This document shows, one piece after another, positions 28,433-38,313 of a DNA stretch of 43,018 bases. The stretch is from an uncultured Lentisphaerales bacterium. Lineage in GTDB: Bacteria > Verrucomicrobiota > Lentisphaeria > JABSQK01 > UBA12247. A program made the translations under genes and the position numbers. Positions within the stretch are counted from its first letter, which is position 1, and every line of letters begins with the position of its first letter. The notes under the pieces are model-generated. The model was not told the origin of the DNA, did not search any database, and saw only the letters and a program-made list of their open reading frames with translations. The stretch covers positions 1 through 43,018 of the forward strand of contig CALSSJ010000024.1 of NCBI GenBank assembly GCA_943788985.1, written 5' to 3'.

Positions 28433-28491
28433 TTGCGCCACGCCCGCTGCGGTTCGAACTTCCGGGTTCGAACTCAGCAGGGCGGCGACAA
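28433..28491. terminator. Long imperfect hairpin between convergent genes, possible bidirectional terminator
   Basis: CGCCC-GCTG-cg-GTTCGAAC-ttccgg-GTTCGAAC-t-CAGC-a-GGGCG. Confidence 0.5.
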
Positions 28492-28495
28492 GTCA

Positions 28496-30403
28496 CTAAT
28501 TGGCGGTGAAGGCCAGAGCGCGGAAACTGGTGCCGCCAGGCTTGATGCGCTCTGCCCGATTCTCCAGGATCTCCACCTCGAGCGTATGCCCGCCCTTGGC
28601 CAGCTCAGAGAAGAACATCACAGTCATCGGGTAATTGAAGTCGCTGTAGTGATGCAGGGTATCAATCTCTTTGCTCTCTTCACCATCGACGGTGCAACGG
28701 ATAATGCCTGCATCCGGCCCTGATAGCATGTAGGCACCGATTGCCGTCCCCACAAAGGCCACGGTCAGCTTGCTGTATGCCGTGCTGCTGTAAATCAGCG
28801 GGCTGTTTAGAAAACGATCCCGCACGCCCCCGGCGCTCTCGGTGGGCCAGTCAGGCACACCGATGGTCCAGTCGGGGCCTGCGTCTACGGCGGCTGCTGG
28901 CAAGAAGCGCCCCCTAGTATAGCTGAAGGGATCAAGTGGTTCTTTAGCCGGGTATGGAGTGGGCGCTGCGGAGTTCGCAAGCGGGGCTGCCCAGGCCTGC
29001 TGCACGGCGTTCCCGATCATGGTGGCGCACATCGTATTGCCATACTTGGCTGGATGAACCCCGCCAAACTTCTTCCAGTCCAGCTTGTCCGCCGCAATCA
29101 GCTCCGCCAGCTCCTGCGCCAGGTGATTTACCGAAACAGCGTAGTGTGCAGCCACCTTGCCATGTGCCGCGATAGACCGCGGCTCCTTGCCTGCCTGGAG
29201 TTGCTCCAGCATTCGTGGATTCACAAAGTAGGTCATCATGATGTCCACGTTCGGATTATGAGCCCGTGCCTGACTGATAATCCCCTCCATCCCGCGCAGC
29301 GCGTCGTCGTAACCCTGCGCCGAATCTTGATCATCATTGACGGCAAACTCGACAAAGAGTAGGTCCAGCGGTCCCTGGCTGAGGACGTCTCGCTGCATGC
29401 GAAACGCACCCGTGTCGGAGCAAGTCGAGCCAATGCCAGCGTTGGTGAATGTGAATTGCGTCTCGGGGAAACGCTGGCTCAACATCTCGGCCACCATGGG
29501 GCGATAGCCATCCATCTCGGTGATCGAGCCACCGAGAAAGGCGACATGCCCTGCCCCGCTGCGCTCAAACTGAATGCGGCTGTTCTGGAAGTCGCTCCGA
29601 ACCGTGACATTCTCAGCGCCAACAATCTCCTCGGCGCTGCTCTCGCCCTTGCCCTGACTGTGCAGCAGGATGAAATCCACCAGTGGTGTCGGATCCTCCA
29701 GCGAGTGCGGATGATGCCCGGCGTCCCGCTTGTGGATCACCTCGATCAGACCGCCCAGCGCTTGGTAGCGGCGCTCGACGATTGCGCTATTCTCCGCGAC
29801 CGGCACCACCTCATCGACATCTCCCACCACATGGATCAGCGGGATTCCGGCCTTTGCCAGCGGCTCAAGATTGTCAATCGGATTCGCGTCGTACGCCAGC
29901 GCTTCGGCTTCAGTCAGCCCGTAATGTCCCAGACATTGCTCCCAGTCGCTCGGACTGCCCGCGCCAGCCCCCTTCCCCCCGGGCCAGCTCTTGAAATCGC
30001 AGACTGGGTTATCGGCGTAAATGCAGGCGACCTTGTCTGGATTCTTGGCTGCCCAGCGATAGATCAACAGCCCGCCACGGCTCATGCCCTCAAGGACGGC
30101 GCGATCGGCCAATAGATGCTCAAAGCGCAGATACTCGTACAGCTCATCCCACCGCGCAAGTGCGCCCGGGGCCCCAAATGAATTTCCTACCTCGGCATAA
30201 ACTACGTGGTAGCCCCGGTGCAGCAGGGCGACATCGAACTGGGGCTCATGCCCCCAGAATTGTGCCCGCCAAATCCAAGGCTTGCCATCGGCTGCCTCTC
30301 TGGGCGCCACGACCCGGCAACCGCCACCGGTCAGTTCAAAGTCATACTGCTCAAAGCCATGAAAGCCACTCTTTGTCCCGGCAAACCTCGCCTCTTCAGC
30401 CAT
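28496..30403 (-). CDS. Alpha/beta-hydrolase fused to an SGNH/GDSL hydrolase (dual esterase)
   Basis: PWIWRA.FWGHEP, EGMSRGG, GDVDEVVP and HHPHSL, followed by FLGGSITE, NAGIG, EFAVND and GVHP. It has a GGAG RBS and no signal peptide. Confidence 0.88.
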   Translation of the reverse strand: MAEEARFAGTKSGFHGFEQYDFELTGGGCRVVAPREAADGKPWIWRAQFWGHEPQFDVALLHRGYHVVYAEVGNSFGAPGALARWDELYEYLRFEHLLADRAVLEGMSRGGLLIYRWAAKNPDKVACIYADNPVCDFKSWPGGKGAGAGSPSDWEQCLGHYGLTEAEALAYDANPIDNLEPLAKAGIPLIHVVGDVDEVVPVAENSAIVERRYQALGGLIEVIHKRDAGHHPHSLEDPTPLVDFILLHSQGKGESSAEEIVGAENVTVRSDFQNSRIQFERSGAGHVAFLGGSITEMDGYRPMVAEMLSQRFPETQFTFTNAGIGSTCSDTGAFRMQRDVLSQGPLDLLFVEFAVNDDQDSAQGYDDALRGMEGIISQARAHNPNVDIMMTYFVNPRMLEQLQAGKEPRSIAAHGKVAAHYAVSVNHLAQELAELIAADKLDWKKFGGVHPAKYGNTMCATMIGNAVQQAWAAPLANSAAPTPYPAKEPLDPFSYTRGRFLPAAAVDAGPDWTIGVPDWPTESAGGVRDRFLNSPLIYSSTAYSKLTVAFVGTAIGAYMLSGPDAGIIRCTVDGEESKEIDTLHHYSDFNYPMTVMFFSELAKGGHTLEVEILENRAERIKPGGTSFRALAFTAN

Positions 30404-30419
30404 TACCTACTCCACTATC

Positions 30420-30817
30420 CTGCCAAAATCATTCGTGCCGCGCAAACCAAGCAGGGTAAGCCACGTAAGCGCCAAGTCAATGCAATCCGCGGCGACACGC
30501 GGCGGAGGGCCCCAAGGCAAGCGAACCACATTTCACTTCTGGCGGCGAGCCAGCGTGGCGCAACCGCCAATCAGGAGCGCAGGAATCAGGATACCGAAGA
30601 GCAGGCTAAGCGCCCCAGACAGAGCGAGGGCCGTCGGCGAGATAACAGGCGCCGAACGCACAGTGCCATTGCCGATGTGGACGCGACCAAAGCACCCCCC
30701 AGATAATGAGCCCGAGGAGCGACGCGTAGCACGCAATGGACAGGCAACCCGGGTCACTGCTCAGCATCCAAGGCCGGCGGCCGACACAATGCTCACTCCG
30801 ACAATGACACGGCTCAT
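30420..30817 (-). pseudogene. Possible degraded small membrane protein
   Basis: ATG overlaps the upstream sulfatase stop. Hydrophobic segments are spread over different frames (ACYASLLGLIIWGVLW; LALSGALSLLFGILIPALLIGG). Confidence 0.3.
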
Positions 30818-32925
30818 TTTGCAAGCTCCTTTTCGATCGCTGCGGCAACGCGGGCGGCGAGGCGTGAGGAACCAGCTTTGCTGAAGTGGACGTCGCCGGG
30901 CTTGGAGAAGAGTTCGGGTGGGAAGGCTGCGGACTCCGCAAACAGGTCATTGCTGGGAATGCCGTGCTGGGCCATGACTTCGGCAGCGACGGAGTTGTAG
31001 CGTGGGGCGTCTTGCGGATGACGACCAGCTTCGTCTTCGGGCACGATGGTAGTGGAGGCCCAGACTAAGGTGGCGCCAGTTTTCTTCAGTTGCTTCACGA
31101 TGGTCTGCAGATTCCGCCGATACTTGGGGAGCGGCACGGAGATGGTGCCGTTGATCTTGTCGCGCTTGCCGTAGACTTTGGCATCGGGATGGCGATAGCA
31201 AAGGTCGTGCAACCCCCAATTGAAGTGGATGAGGTCCCACTTGGTATCGCCGAGCCATGTGGTCAGAGCCTTTCGCCCGCGGTTGGTGTCGCCGCTGTTG
31301 CCGCGGATTCGCTGCACGTTGGCAGTGCCTTCGAGCAAGCTGGTGACCTCTGGCGTGTAGGCGATGGAAATGGAGTCGCCGATGAGCAAGACGTTTGGCA
31401 GATCGGCTTTAAGGGGGGCGCTTGCCTTGAGGGCATCGAGGTCTGCCTTTGGCGTGTAGAACTCTGCGCCTTCAGTGTCCCGGTTGCGGGTCGGCATTTC
31501 GGCGCCGGATTGGGCACGCCACTGGTGCAGCAGGGTGCGGAGTCGGGCCGCGACTTCGGGTTTGGTCTTGCTGAGGTCGTGCTGTTCGCCGGGATCCTGG
31601 CGAACATTGTAGAGTTCATTGGTCATGGTTTCGAAGCGTTCGACGAGCTTGTAGTCGCCAGAGCGCACGGCGCCGGATGGGCCCATGCTGTTGATGTGGT
31701 GGTAGTGGGGATAATGAAAGTAGATGGCCTCGCGGTTGAGGGTGGTTTGCGAACTCCGCAAAACCGGGGACAGGTCGATACCGTCCAGATGTTGGGTGGG
31801 GCGCTGTGGGAGACCGGCCATGGTGAGAAGGGTCGGATAGACATCCGTGCTGATGACGGGCTGTTCGCAGGTAGCGCCGGGCGTGGTGGTGGCAGGCCAT
31901 TTGACGAGCAGTGGGCTGCGAATGCCGCCTTCGTAGACCCAGCCTTTGCCAGCACGCAGCGGGAGGCAGCTGGTCGGGGCGTTCTTGCTGGTCCCGGTGG
32001 AGAGACCGCCGTTGTCGGACATGAACATGACGATGGTGCGACGATCGAGGCCGCGCTCCTGGAGGGCGGTCAGGAGGCGGCCGACGTTTTCGTCGAGGCT
32101 CTCGAGCATGGCGGCATAGACGGGATTGTCCTGGCGGGCATGATGCCAGCTGTCGTGTTCGGGGATGCCTGGCTCAGCAAGCGGTGGGAGTTTCGCAGCC
32201 TTGGCCCGGTATTTGGCGATCTTGTCTGGCTTGGCCTGGATGGGGGTGTGTACGGAATAGTACCAGAGGTTGAGGAAGAAGGGCTGCTCGCGATTGTCGT
32301 CGATGAAGCGGATGGCTTCGTCGGTGAGGCGATCGGTGAGGTATTCTTCGTCTTGGCCGGGCTCAAGGCCGGGGACGTCGGACCAGGTGTGCTTGGGGTG
32401 TGTATAGGGGTAGAAAAAGGATCCGGGCTGGCCAGCGTTGTGGCCAGCGATGTTGACTTGGAAGCCGTGGGCCTCGGGGAAGTGCTTCTTGTCTTTCTGG
32501 CTGTGGGCTTGCAGGTGCCACTTGCCGACGTGGGCGGTTTGATAGCCAGCATCGCGGAGGGCTTCGGCGATGGTGATTTCGTCCAGTGGCAGGCTGCCGA
32601 TGGGCTGTGGAGCGATGAGCTTGTAAGTTGGGCCACCTGGCCCGGCGATGCCGCTGTGGTTGGTGAGTTTGATCCGGCTTGGGTATTTGCCGGTCATGAT
32701 GCTGGCGCGGGTTGGCGAGCAGACGGGATTGGCCGCATAGGCATCGGTGAAGCGCACGCCCTCGCTGGCGAGCCGATCGATGTACGGCGTCTCGTGGAAG
32801 GTGGAGCCGTAACAGCCAAGGTCGGACCAGCCGAGGTCGTCGACGAGAATGAAGACGACGTTGGGCCGTTCGGCGGCTGTGGTGACGAGGGCGAGCAACA
32901 GGAGAGAGAGGAGGAGGACTTTCAT
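30814..32925 (-). CDS. Secreted S1 sulfatase fused to a C-terminal SGNH hydrolase
   Basis: Signal peptide, NVVFILVDDLG, CSPTR, GKWHL, VHTP, SDNGG and YEGGIR, followed by IGDSIS, FNWGLHD and DVHF. Confidence 0.93.
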   Translation of the reverse strand: MKVLLLSLLLLALVTTAAERPNVVFILVDDLGWSDLGCYGSTFHETPYIDRLASEGVRFTDAYAANPVCSPTRASIMTGKYPSRIKLTNHSGIAGPGGPTYKLIAPQPIGSLPLDEITIAEALRDAGYQTAHVGKWHLQAHSQKDKKHFPEAHGFQVNIAGHNAGQPGSFFYPYTHPKHTWSDVPGLEPGQDEEYLTDRLTDEAIRFIDDNREQPFFLNLWYYSVHTPIQAKPDKIAKYRAKAAKLPPLAEPGIPEHDSWHHARQDNPVYAAMLESLDENVGRLLTALQERGLDRRTIVMFMSDNGGLSTGTSKNAPTSCLPLRAGKGWVYEGGIRSPLLVKWPATTTPGATCEQPVISTDVYPTLLTMAGLPQRPTQHLDGIDLSPVLRSSQTTLNREAIYFHYPHYHHINSMGPSGAVRSGDYKLVERFETMTNELYNVRQDPGEQHDLSKTKPEVAARLRTLLHQWRAQSGAEMPTRNRDTEGAEFYTPKADLDALKASAPLKADLPNVLLIGDSISIAYTPEVTSLLEGTANVQRIRGNSGDTNRGRKALTTWLGDTKWDLIHFNWGLHDLCYRHPDAKVYGKRDKINGTISVPLPKYRRNLQTIVKQLKKTGATLVWASTTIVPEDEAGRHPQDAPRYNSVAAEVMAQHGIPSNDLFAESAAFPPELFSKPGDVHFSKAGSSRLAARVAAAIEKELAK

Positions 32926-32960
32926 AGGGGGGCCTTGTCAGTTTGTAGATCCGGAATGAC

Positions 32961-35900
32961 TCATCGCTTTGGCACCTTTAGTGGAGTGTCATTGACCATA
33001 AACTGACATTCCACCCAGGGCTGGCTTGGCGCTGCCTCGGAGTGAATGTGGATGGCGGAATCGCCCGCTGGGACGACGCCGGTCCTGGTGGTAACTGGCA
33101 GTTCACCAACTGGATTCCAGTTGAGGTCGTAGAGCTTGGCAACATCGCCGCCTTTGTACCAAAGATGATGCTCGGAGGGGATGGTGCCCTGAATGGCGAT
33201 CTTGCCCTGATGATAGGCAATGACAGGATCGATGAGGGCGGAGTCGACCTCGGGCAGGAGGCGGATGGTTTCGACTGTTACGTTTGCTGTGGTCTTGGGG
33301 GGAATCATAGTGAGGCCACAGAACACGCGTTTGATAGTATGCCCACGCCAGCGTTTCCATGCAGTGGTGATCGGCCATGGCTCGAGGGACCATGAAACTT
33401 GGGGATCGGGTATTTCTACGTACTTTCGCCCGGTGAAATCGAGCGGAATCACGTAGTCTCGTGTGCCGGAACCGGTAATTCTGACCACGAACAGAGCGCC
33501 GCTGCCATCGCCTTCAATGACGACGCCCAGGCCCTTGGCATTCTGGATGCTGGTGCTGACGGGATAGTAGAGGAGGGCTGGCTCTGCTACGGTGTTGGTC
33601 TGGTTGCTGCTGCTGATTGTGGCGGTTCCGTGGCCAAACGAGAGGTCCATGTCGCCGCGGTTACAGGCGTTGTTCCCGCGCTTTTTCTTGCTTGTGAAGC
33701 CTTTTTCTGGGATCATGAGGTCGTAGCTAACGGTGCCCTTGACTTGGCTAAGATTGGTGAAGTCCATGGGGATGCCTGCATCGGCCAGGCGTTCTTCCAG
33801 CAGTGCTTCGTGTCGGGTATTCTCGGATGAGTCTGCGGCCTGTACAATCCCGGACAGTGCGGTTCGATCGAAGTCTTTCATAACCCTGAGAATGAAGGTG
33901 GGGCGTTGCGCTTTGTAGGGGTTGTGCAGGGCCTCCAGGCCTTCGGAGTTGGGGCGCAGGTACTGATGAGTGAAGACCGGACCGTGTTCCTGGATAAAGC
34001 CCCAGCCCCGGTCTAGGCCCTTTCTGCGCAGAAAGGAGAACGGCACCACCATGATCTGGTCGCGGGCTTTGCCGAGGACGAAATGTTCGCGTTGCAAGGG
34101 ATAATGGCCCCCACCTTCGTAGGCGTTCAGGATTCGCGTGCGGACGTGCTTGGGAAGTTTCGGTCCCAGCGCACGCCAGGCGCGGATGGTCTTGGCGTAG
34201 TGCTCGGCCAGCCCGAAGCGTTCTAGAGTCTCGCGACGAACGCCATGAAGGCCGTCCTGTTCCTGCAGACTCATCCAAGCATGGCTTTCGACGGCATTGG
34301 GCGGAATGGCGTAGGTGGCGGCATACGGGCCGGGGGCAGGATGATGATCTTTGTGCAAGCCCACGCGTACTTGCAGCCGTTTCGGAATGCTGTGGGACTT
34401 GCTCAGACCGAGCGCTTTCTGCACAGAATTGAATCGGAATTCAAACCAGCCCCAGCGTGGTGCGCCATTCGAGGTCCGACAGACGGTCGGATGATCGAGC
34501 TTGCTGTAGACCAAGCCGAGGAACCGCGTTGGTCCGTAGTCCACGTAGCACTTGTGAACTTCAAGGCCATCGAAGCTGGCGTTTGCGAGCTTCATCTCAT
34601 TGTTGAAGCGGGCGTAGTTGGCGGCAATTTCATCCAGCAAGTCGGAATCGGCATCCGGAACGGTGCGAATGTTGAAGGTGCCCTTGAGGAGTTTTACGGG
34701 TGTGCCCTTGGTATGGGCAGGCAGGCTGTGTGTGGCCGAAGCCCCGCTCGGCGCGCTTGCCGGACAGACGTAAGGTGATGGCTCCATCCGGGGCATCATC
34801 GAAGCCAGTAAAACGCAGAATCTCGTCACCGATCAGGGCAAAGTCGCGAAAGTCGCGGACATCGTCACGATCGTTGTAGCTCGTGGGTATGTGATGGTCG
34901 CTCTGGATCCGGATTTCACGGCTGTTGCTGGCGATGTCCTCAACCAAGGTGCCGGACCAATAGTGCGTCAGGCCTTTGCGCGGGGTGAGGGAGATGAATT
35001 CATCGCTCATGAGGCTGATCGAGTGGCTCAGAGTGCGTACCGCCACACCAACGCCGTTGGCTTGCGCATGCTTACAGAATCGTTTCAGGTCGGGGCGCCC
35101 CTTGGGAAACAGGGTTTCGTTGACGTAGAAGGTCTGGCGGTCGGTAGTGTGATAGCGGTCGGCCCAGACGTTGAGGTGCATGTAGAGGGTCTTGATGCGC
35201 ATGGCCTTGGCATGGTCTACGCAGGCAAGGAGATCGTCGTAGGAGTCGGCTGCGACATACATTTCGCTGTAGTTTCGAAAGGTCTTGATGTAGTCGCTGA
35301 CCCAGCGCTTGGCACGATCGACGGTCCAAGGATCGGCAACGTTCGGGTGGGGCAGTCCTTCATGGACCCAGATCTGGTAGAGGATGTCGTCGGTGTGTTC
35401 CGGGCTCTGGCGCAGCCAGACAGCAATGGGGGCAAAGTTTCCCTGGACGCTGCCCGGAATCAGGTGGCTGAAGGTCAGACGCCCCTTATTGGCGAAGATG
35501 ACGTCTGGGCTGAGAGGAAAGGCCTCGGTGTACCGCCAGAATTTGTAGGACAGCTGGGTTGGGTGCTCGCCCTCCGGAACCTCGATGTTGTCAATGCGCA
35601 GGACGAAGTAGTCGCCTTTGTCCTCGACCTTGAAGGCGACGCGGACGGCTGGCTCTGCTGTGCTGGTGCCGACGAAGCCAAGTGGGCTTGGGCTGAACCG
35701 GTCCAGGATCAGCTTGCGCCTGGCGCCTTGCTCGATGCTGTAGACGGTCTTCTGCACGTCGAGTACAAAGTTGGCATGGTTCGAAGACTGTTTCTTCCGT
35801 CCGGACGGTGCCCACAGCGAGTTGTTGCGCCTCTTGCAGTGTGCAGACCGCAGGCTGCCATTGGCATCGATCGTAAGATCAAAGGTCTCGCCCGAGAGTA

Positions 35901-35967
35901 CGAAGGACTCGGCAGGGGCGAGGATCGTCAGCAGCAGGAGAGGACAGAGAATCGAGATCAGCCGAAG
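32961..35967 (-). CDS. About 1000-aa secreted uncharacterised protein (glycoside-hydrolase-like), split by one frameshift near 34720
   Basis: ORF 34630-35757 stays open upstream to a signal peptide LRLISILCPLLLTILAPAES (about 35967). It joins ORF 32961-34829 at RGFGHTQPA/AHTKGTPV. Confidence 0.7.
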
Positions 35968-36022
35968 GCTGTCGAACCCGGGCGATATCTGGCGAGACAG
36001 CGTGAGGATCTGGGGCCTCGGT

Positions 36023-38212
36023 TTAGAACTTGGGATCGGTGGGGTAGCGATTGAGCAGCGGGTGGGCGGCCTGCTGGTGGCGGAGGGCGGCGCGCAGTGA
36101 GCGGATGGCGTCGCAGATCTGCTCTTCCTGAATGGGGGTGGCAGCGACTTGGGCCTTGGCTTGGGCCAGCGCGGCGCTCAAGGGGGCGGTTTTGGCGTTG
36201 ATGCGCTCGCCGAGTTTGATCAGGGCGAACAGCCCCGGTTTATAGGCGTAGCCGTGCGTGAGCAGCTTGCTGTCCTTGACCTGATGGCCCGCTTCCCCGA
36301 CGTCGGGCATGGCTTCGGAGTTGATGAGGAAGTCGTTGGCATCACGCATCGTGAATACAGCGTGGGTGGCGCCCGGCGGCATGGCCGCTTCGACTCGGCC
36401 GGTCGAGATGGTCGCAGGTGTGGCCATCCACTCTTCGCGCCTGCCTTCTGTGGTGTCCATGCTTGGGGGATTGAGCGTATAGATCAGCTGAGCACTGATG
36501 ATAGCAGATTTGCCAGATCCAGATTCGTAGGTCGCCCAGACGTGGTCCTCGTTGGCCCCGCGGCTGAGGATTGCGGGGATCGCGGCGACAGCAGTTTGAT
36601 TGGCCTTCGGGGACGTCGGATTCTCGAAGGGAAGAGGAGCGCCAGTAGCAGCGATCCGCTGTTCGAGCTCTCTTAGTAGCGCTTTGCGCACTTCCGGGAA
36701 TTGGTCGCCGACGTCGTTGGCTTCGCTGATGTCGCTGTGTTTTTCGCCGTCGTAGAGGCGGAACAGGCGGACATCTGGCTCGCGGGAAGCAGCGACGTAG
36801 TGCTGGATTAGCTTCCACTCGCCCTTGCGGATGGCTGAGGACATGTGGGCATCCCACGGGAAGAACCAGAATAGGGATGTGCGCTCGGTACCATCGAGGT
36901 GTAGGGCTTTGTCGCTGGTATCGTGGATCAGCGGCAGAATGTTGCAGCCGTCGAGTTCGAGGCTCTCGTCCGGCGAGGTGCCAGCCATCTGCATGAACGT
37001 CGGGTAGAGGTCGATCAGGTTGATTGGGGTTTCGCAGGTGGATCCAGATTTTACGCCGGGGCCGCGCACCAGGAAGGGAATGCGTACGCCACCTTCCCAG
37101 GTATTCTGCTTGCCACCTTTCAGTGGTGTGTTTTCGGTGTATGGGGTCACGCCACCATTGTCGGAGTCGACCAAGAGGTAGGTATTGTCGATCAGCTTGT
37201 GGCCGGGATGGCGAGGATCGTCGGTCTCCTCCAAATACTGGATTACCTGGCCGATGTAATAGTCGACGGTGTCGACCATGGAGGCATAGTAGGGATCGCT
37301 GTGGCCGGGGTGATCATAGTAGGTCCTAGTCGCGTCAGTCGGGTATTCCATGCCAAGCTTTTTGACGTAGTGATTGAAGCGCTTGCGGTCGCGGGTTTGA
37401 ATCGGGCCATGGACTTCGTAGGGGCAGTAGTTGACGAAGAAGGGCTTGTCTTTGTGCTTGTCCATGAAGCGAAGGACGAGGTCCAGAGGCTTGTCGAAGG
37501 GGCGGCCGTCTGCGTTGAGTTGATACGGATCGTCGGGAGAGTCAGTGGCGAAGGATGTCAGGCGCTTGTCCCGGGGTACTCCAGCCCAGGCACCGAAGAA
37601 GTTGTTGCGCTGCAGATCTTCCGGCCGCCACAGGGCAGGATCGTTGTAGTACTTGTGGCGACCGTCACGCTCGGTGAAGCCAAAGTCAAAGCCCTGGTCG
37701 AGAGGGAATGGATAGCCAGCTGACTTGCCGCCTGCGTGCCACTTGCCGACGTGGGCGGTGATGTAGCCGGCACCTTTCAAGGCTTCGGCAATCGTCGGCT
37801 CTTCAAGCGGAAGGCCGTAGCGATAGAATGGGCTGATGCGCTCGCTACCTGTGCGCCAAGGGCGTGGGATGCGCCCGCCAGAGACGTGGTAGACGCCGGT
37901 GTTGGCGGGATGCTGGCCGCGTAGGAAGGCGACTCGCGATGGCGCGCACGAAGGCGCTGGGGAATAGGCCTGGGTGAAGCGCCGCCCGATTCGAGTCATG
38001 CGGTCAAGGTGCGGGGTTTCGTAGATGGGCTTACCGTCTAATCTATGGCTGGCGATGTCTTGCCAACCCAGGTCATCGACCATGATGTGGACGATGTTTG
38101 GTTTCGGAGCTGCGCTGGAGATGAGGGACAGCAGTAGCAGGGAAGCAGCGAGGATGCGGCGGATGGGAGGGAGCGGGCCGCTCTGGACGCAGGCGGAGCT
38201 ACGTCCTCCCAT
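36023..38212 (-). CDS. Secreted S1 sulfatase with an extra C-terminal domain
   Basis: NIVHIMVDDLGWQD, CAPSR, GKWH, VHGP, SDNGG and WEGGVR. The start is uncertain; ATG 38212 is the nearest one. Confidence 0.92.
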   Translation of the reverse strand: MGGRSSACVQSGPLPPIRRILAASLLLLSLISSAAPKPNIVHIMVDDLGWQDIASHRLDGKPIYETPHLDRMTRIGRRFTQAYSPAPSCAPSRVAFLRGQHPANTGVYHVSGGRIPRPWRTGSERISPFYRYGLPLEEPTIAEALKGAGYITAHVGKWHAGGKSAGYPFPLDQGFDFGFTERDGRHKYYNDPALWRPEDLQRNNFFGAWAGVPRDKRLTSFATDSPDDPYQLNADGRPFDKPLDLVLRFMDKHKDKPFFVNYCPYEVHGPIQTRDRKRFNHYVKKLGMEYPTDATRTYYDHPGHSDPYYASMVDTVDYYIGQVIQYLEETDDPRHPGHKLIDNTYLLVDSDNGGVTPYTENTPLKGGKQNTWEGGVRIPFLVRGPGVKSGSTCETPINLIDLYPTFMQMAGTSPDESLELDGCNILPLIHDTSDKALHLDGTERTSLFWFFPWDAHMSSAIRKGEWKLIQHYVAASREPDVRLFRLYDGEKHSDISEANDVGDQFPEVRKALLRELEQRIAATGAPLPFENPTSPKANQTAVAAIPAILSRGANEDHVWATYESGSGKSAIISAQLIYTLNPPSMDTTEGRREEWMATPATISTGRVEAAMPPGATHAVFTMRDANDFLINSEAMPDVGEAGHQVKDSKLLTHGYAYKPGLFALIKLGERINAKTAPLSAALAQAKAQVAATPIQEEQICDAIRSLRAALRHQQAAHPLLNRYPTDPKF

Positions 38213-38313
38213 TGATCGGCTCTCGTTTGTCGGACGCAGGTGCGCTTCGGGTATTCCTCTGGCGTTCGCCTGCGCTTCGAGATTTTTGGGCACTTGTTGC
38301 ATAAAGGTTACGG

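Noticed and set aside
28441..28484. tRNA fragment or CRISPR repeat suggested by GGTTCGAAC
   Set aside because: There is no cloverleaf. Only two 8-mers are present, without spacers, and no cas genes are nearby.
31090..33006. 638-aa + strand ORF
   Set aside because: It is the antisense shadow of the sulfatase-SGNH gene. It has no motifs and is explained by codon bias on the real strand.
34891..36054. 387-aa + strand ORF, and similar ORFs such as 36923-37723
   Set aside because: These are antisense shadows of the - strand genes, with V/G/D-rich non-protein-like composition.
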